This document shows positions 63,749-64,000 of a stretch of 64,000 nt of DNA, one piece after another; within the stretch, counting starts at the first letter, position 1; each line of letters opens with the position of its first letter. Position numbers and translations under genes: made by a program. The DNA is taken from contig NC_087437.1 in NCBI RefSeq assembly GCF_036321535.1, forward strand, positions 110,300,001-110,364,000, in the 5' to 3' direction. This DNA is from Camelus dromedarius. Its lineage: Eukaryota. Below the pieces are notes generated by a model, which made no database searches, was not told the DNA's origin, and saw only the letters and a program-made list of their open reading frames with translations.

Positions 63749-64000
63749 CTTGGATACAAAAAGTTAACTTTCATGATAATGTCTAGGATGGATTACAGAA
63801 AAGAAAAACTGAAGTCATATAGAACTTTATAAGATTTTTACACTAGATAAAAGGCAAGGAATTTCCAGCCTAGATAGTTGACATGACACTCCAAGGAAGG
63901 ATAAGATATAAGATACACAAATACAAGAGATGGGCTTTGGCAGTGATGGTAAAGGAGAACTGGAGGATGATGTTAAACTTTAAGACCTTTGCAACTTGGC

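Overview
AT-rich, repeat-dense mammalian genomic DNA; the tRNA-derived SINE and young L1 3' ends look camelid (inference). The window holds part of the high-glycine/tyrosine keratin-associated protein cluster, with nine single-exon KRTAP21-family loci, all on the minus strand. Four are intact KRTAP21-1-like genes (100, 80, 80 and 86 aa) in a tandem array of ~5-6 kb units spanning ~26.1-48.1 kb. One is an intact 43-aa KRTAP21-2-like ORF that the ORF track misses. Four are pseudogenes (at ~13.2, 16.8, 51.1 and 60.2 kb). The array's history is readable in the sequence: the rightmost unit keeps the ancestral empty L1 site and an intact MER20, while the other three units share one L1 insertion and a ~2.7-kb deletion. 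Identity between units is patchy, which suggests gene conversion. The left end carries an ancient, nearly full-length GAPDH processed pseudogene split by L1 and MLT1 insertions. I found no convincing new molecular system; the most interesting biology is the apparent lineage-specific KRTAP21 expansion. Family assignments come from recalled consensus sequences, not database searches.
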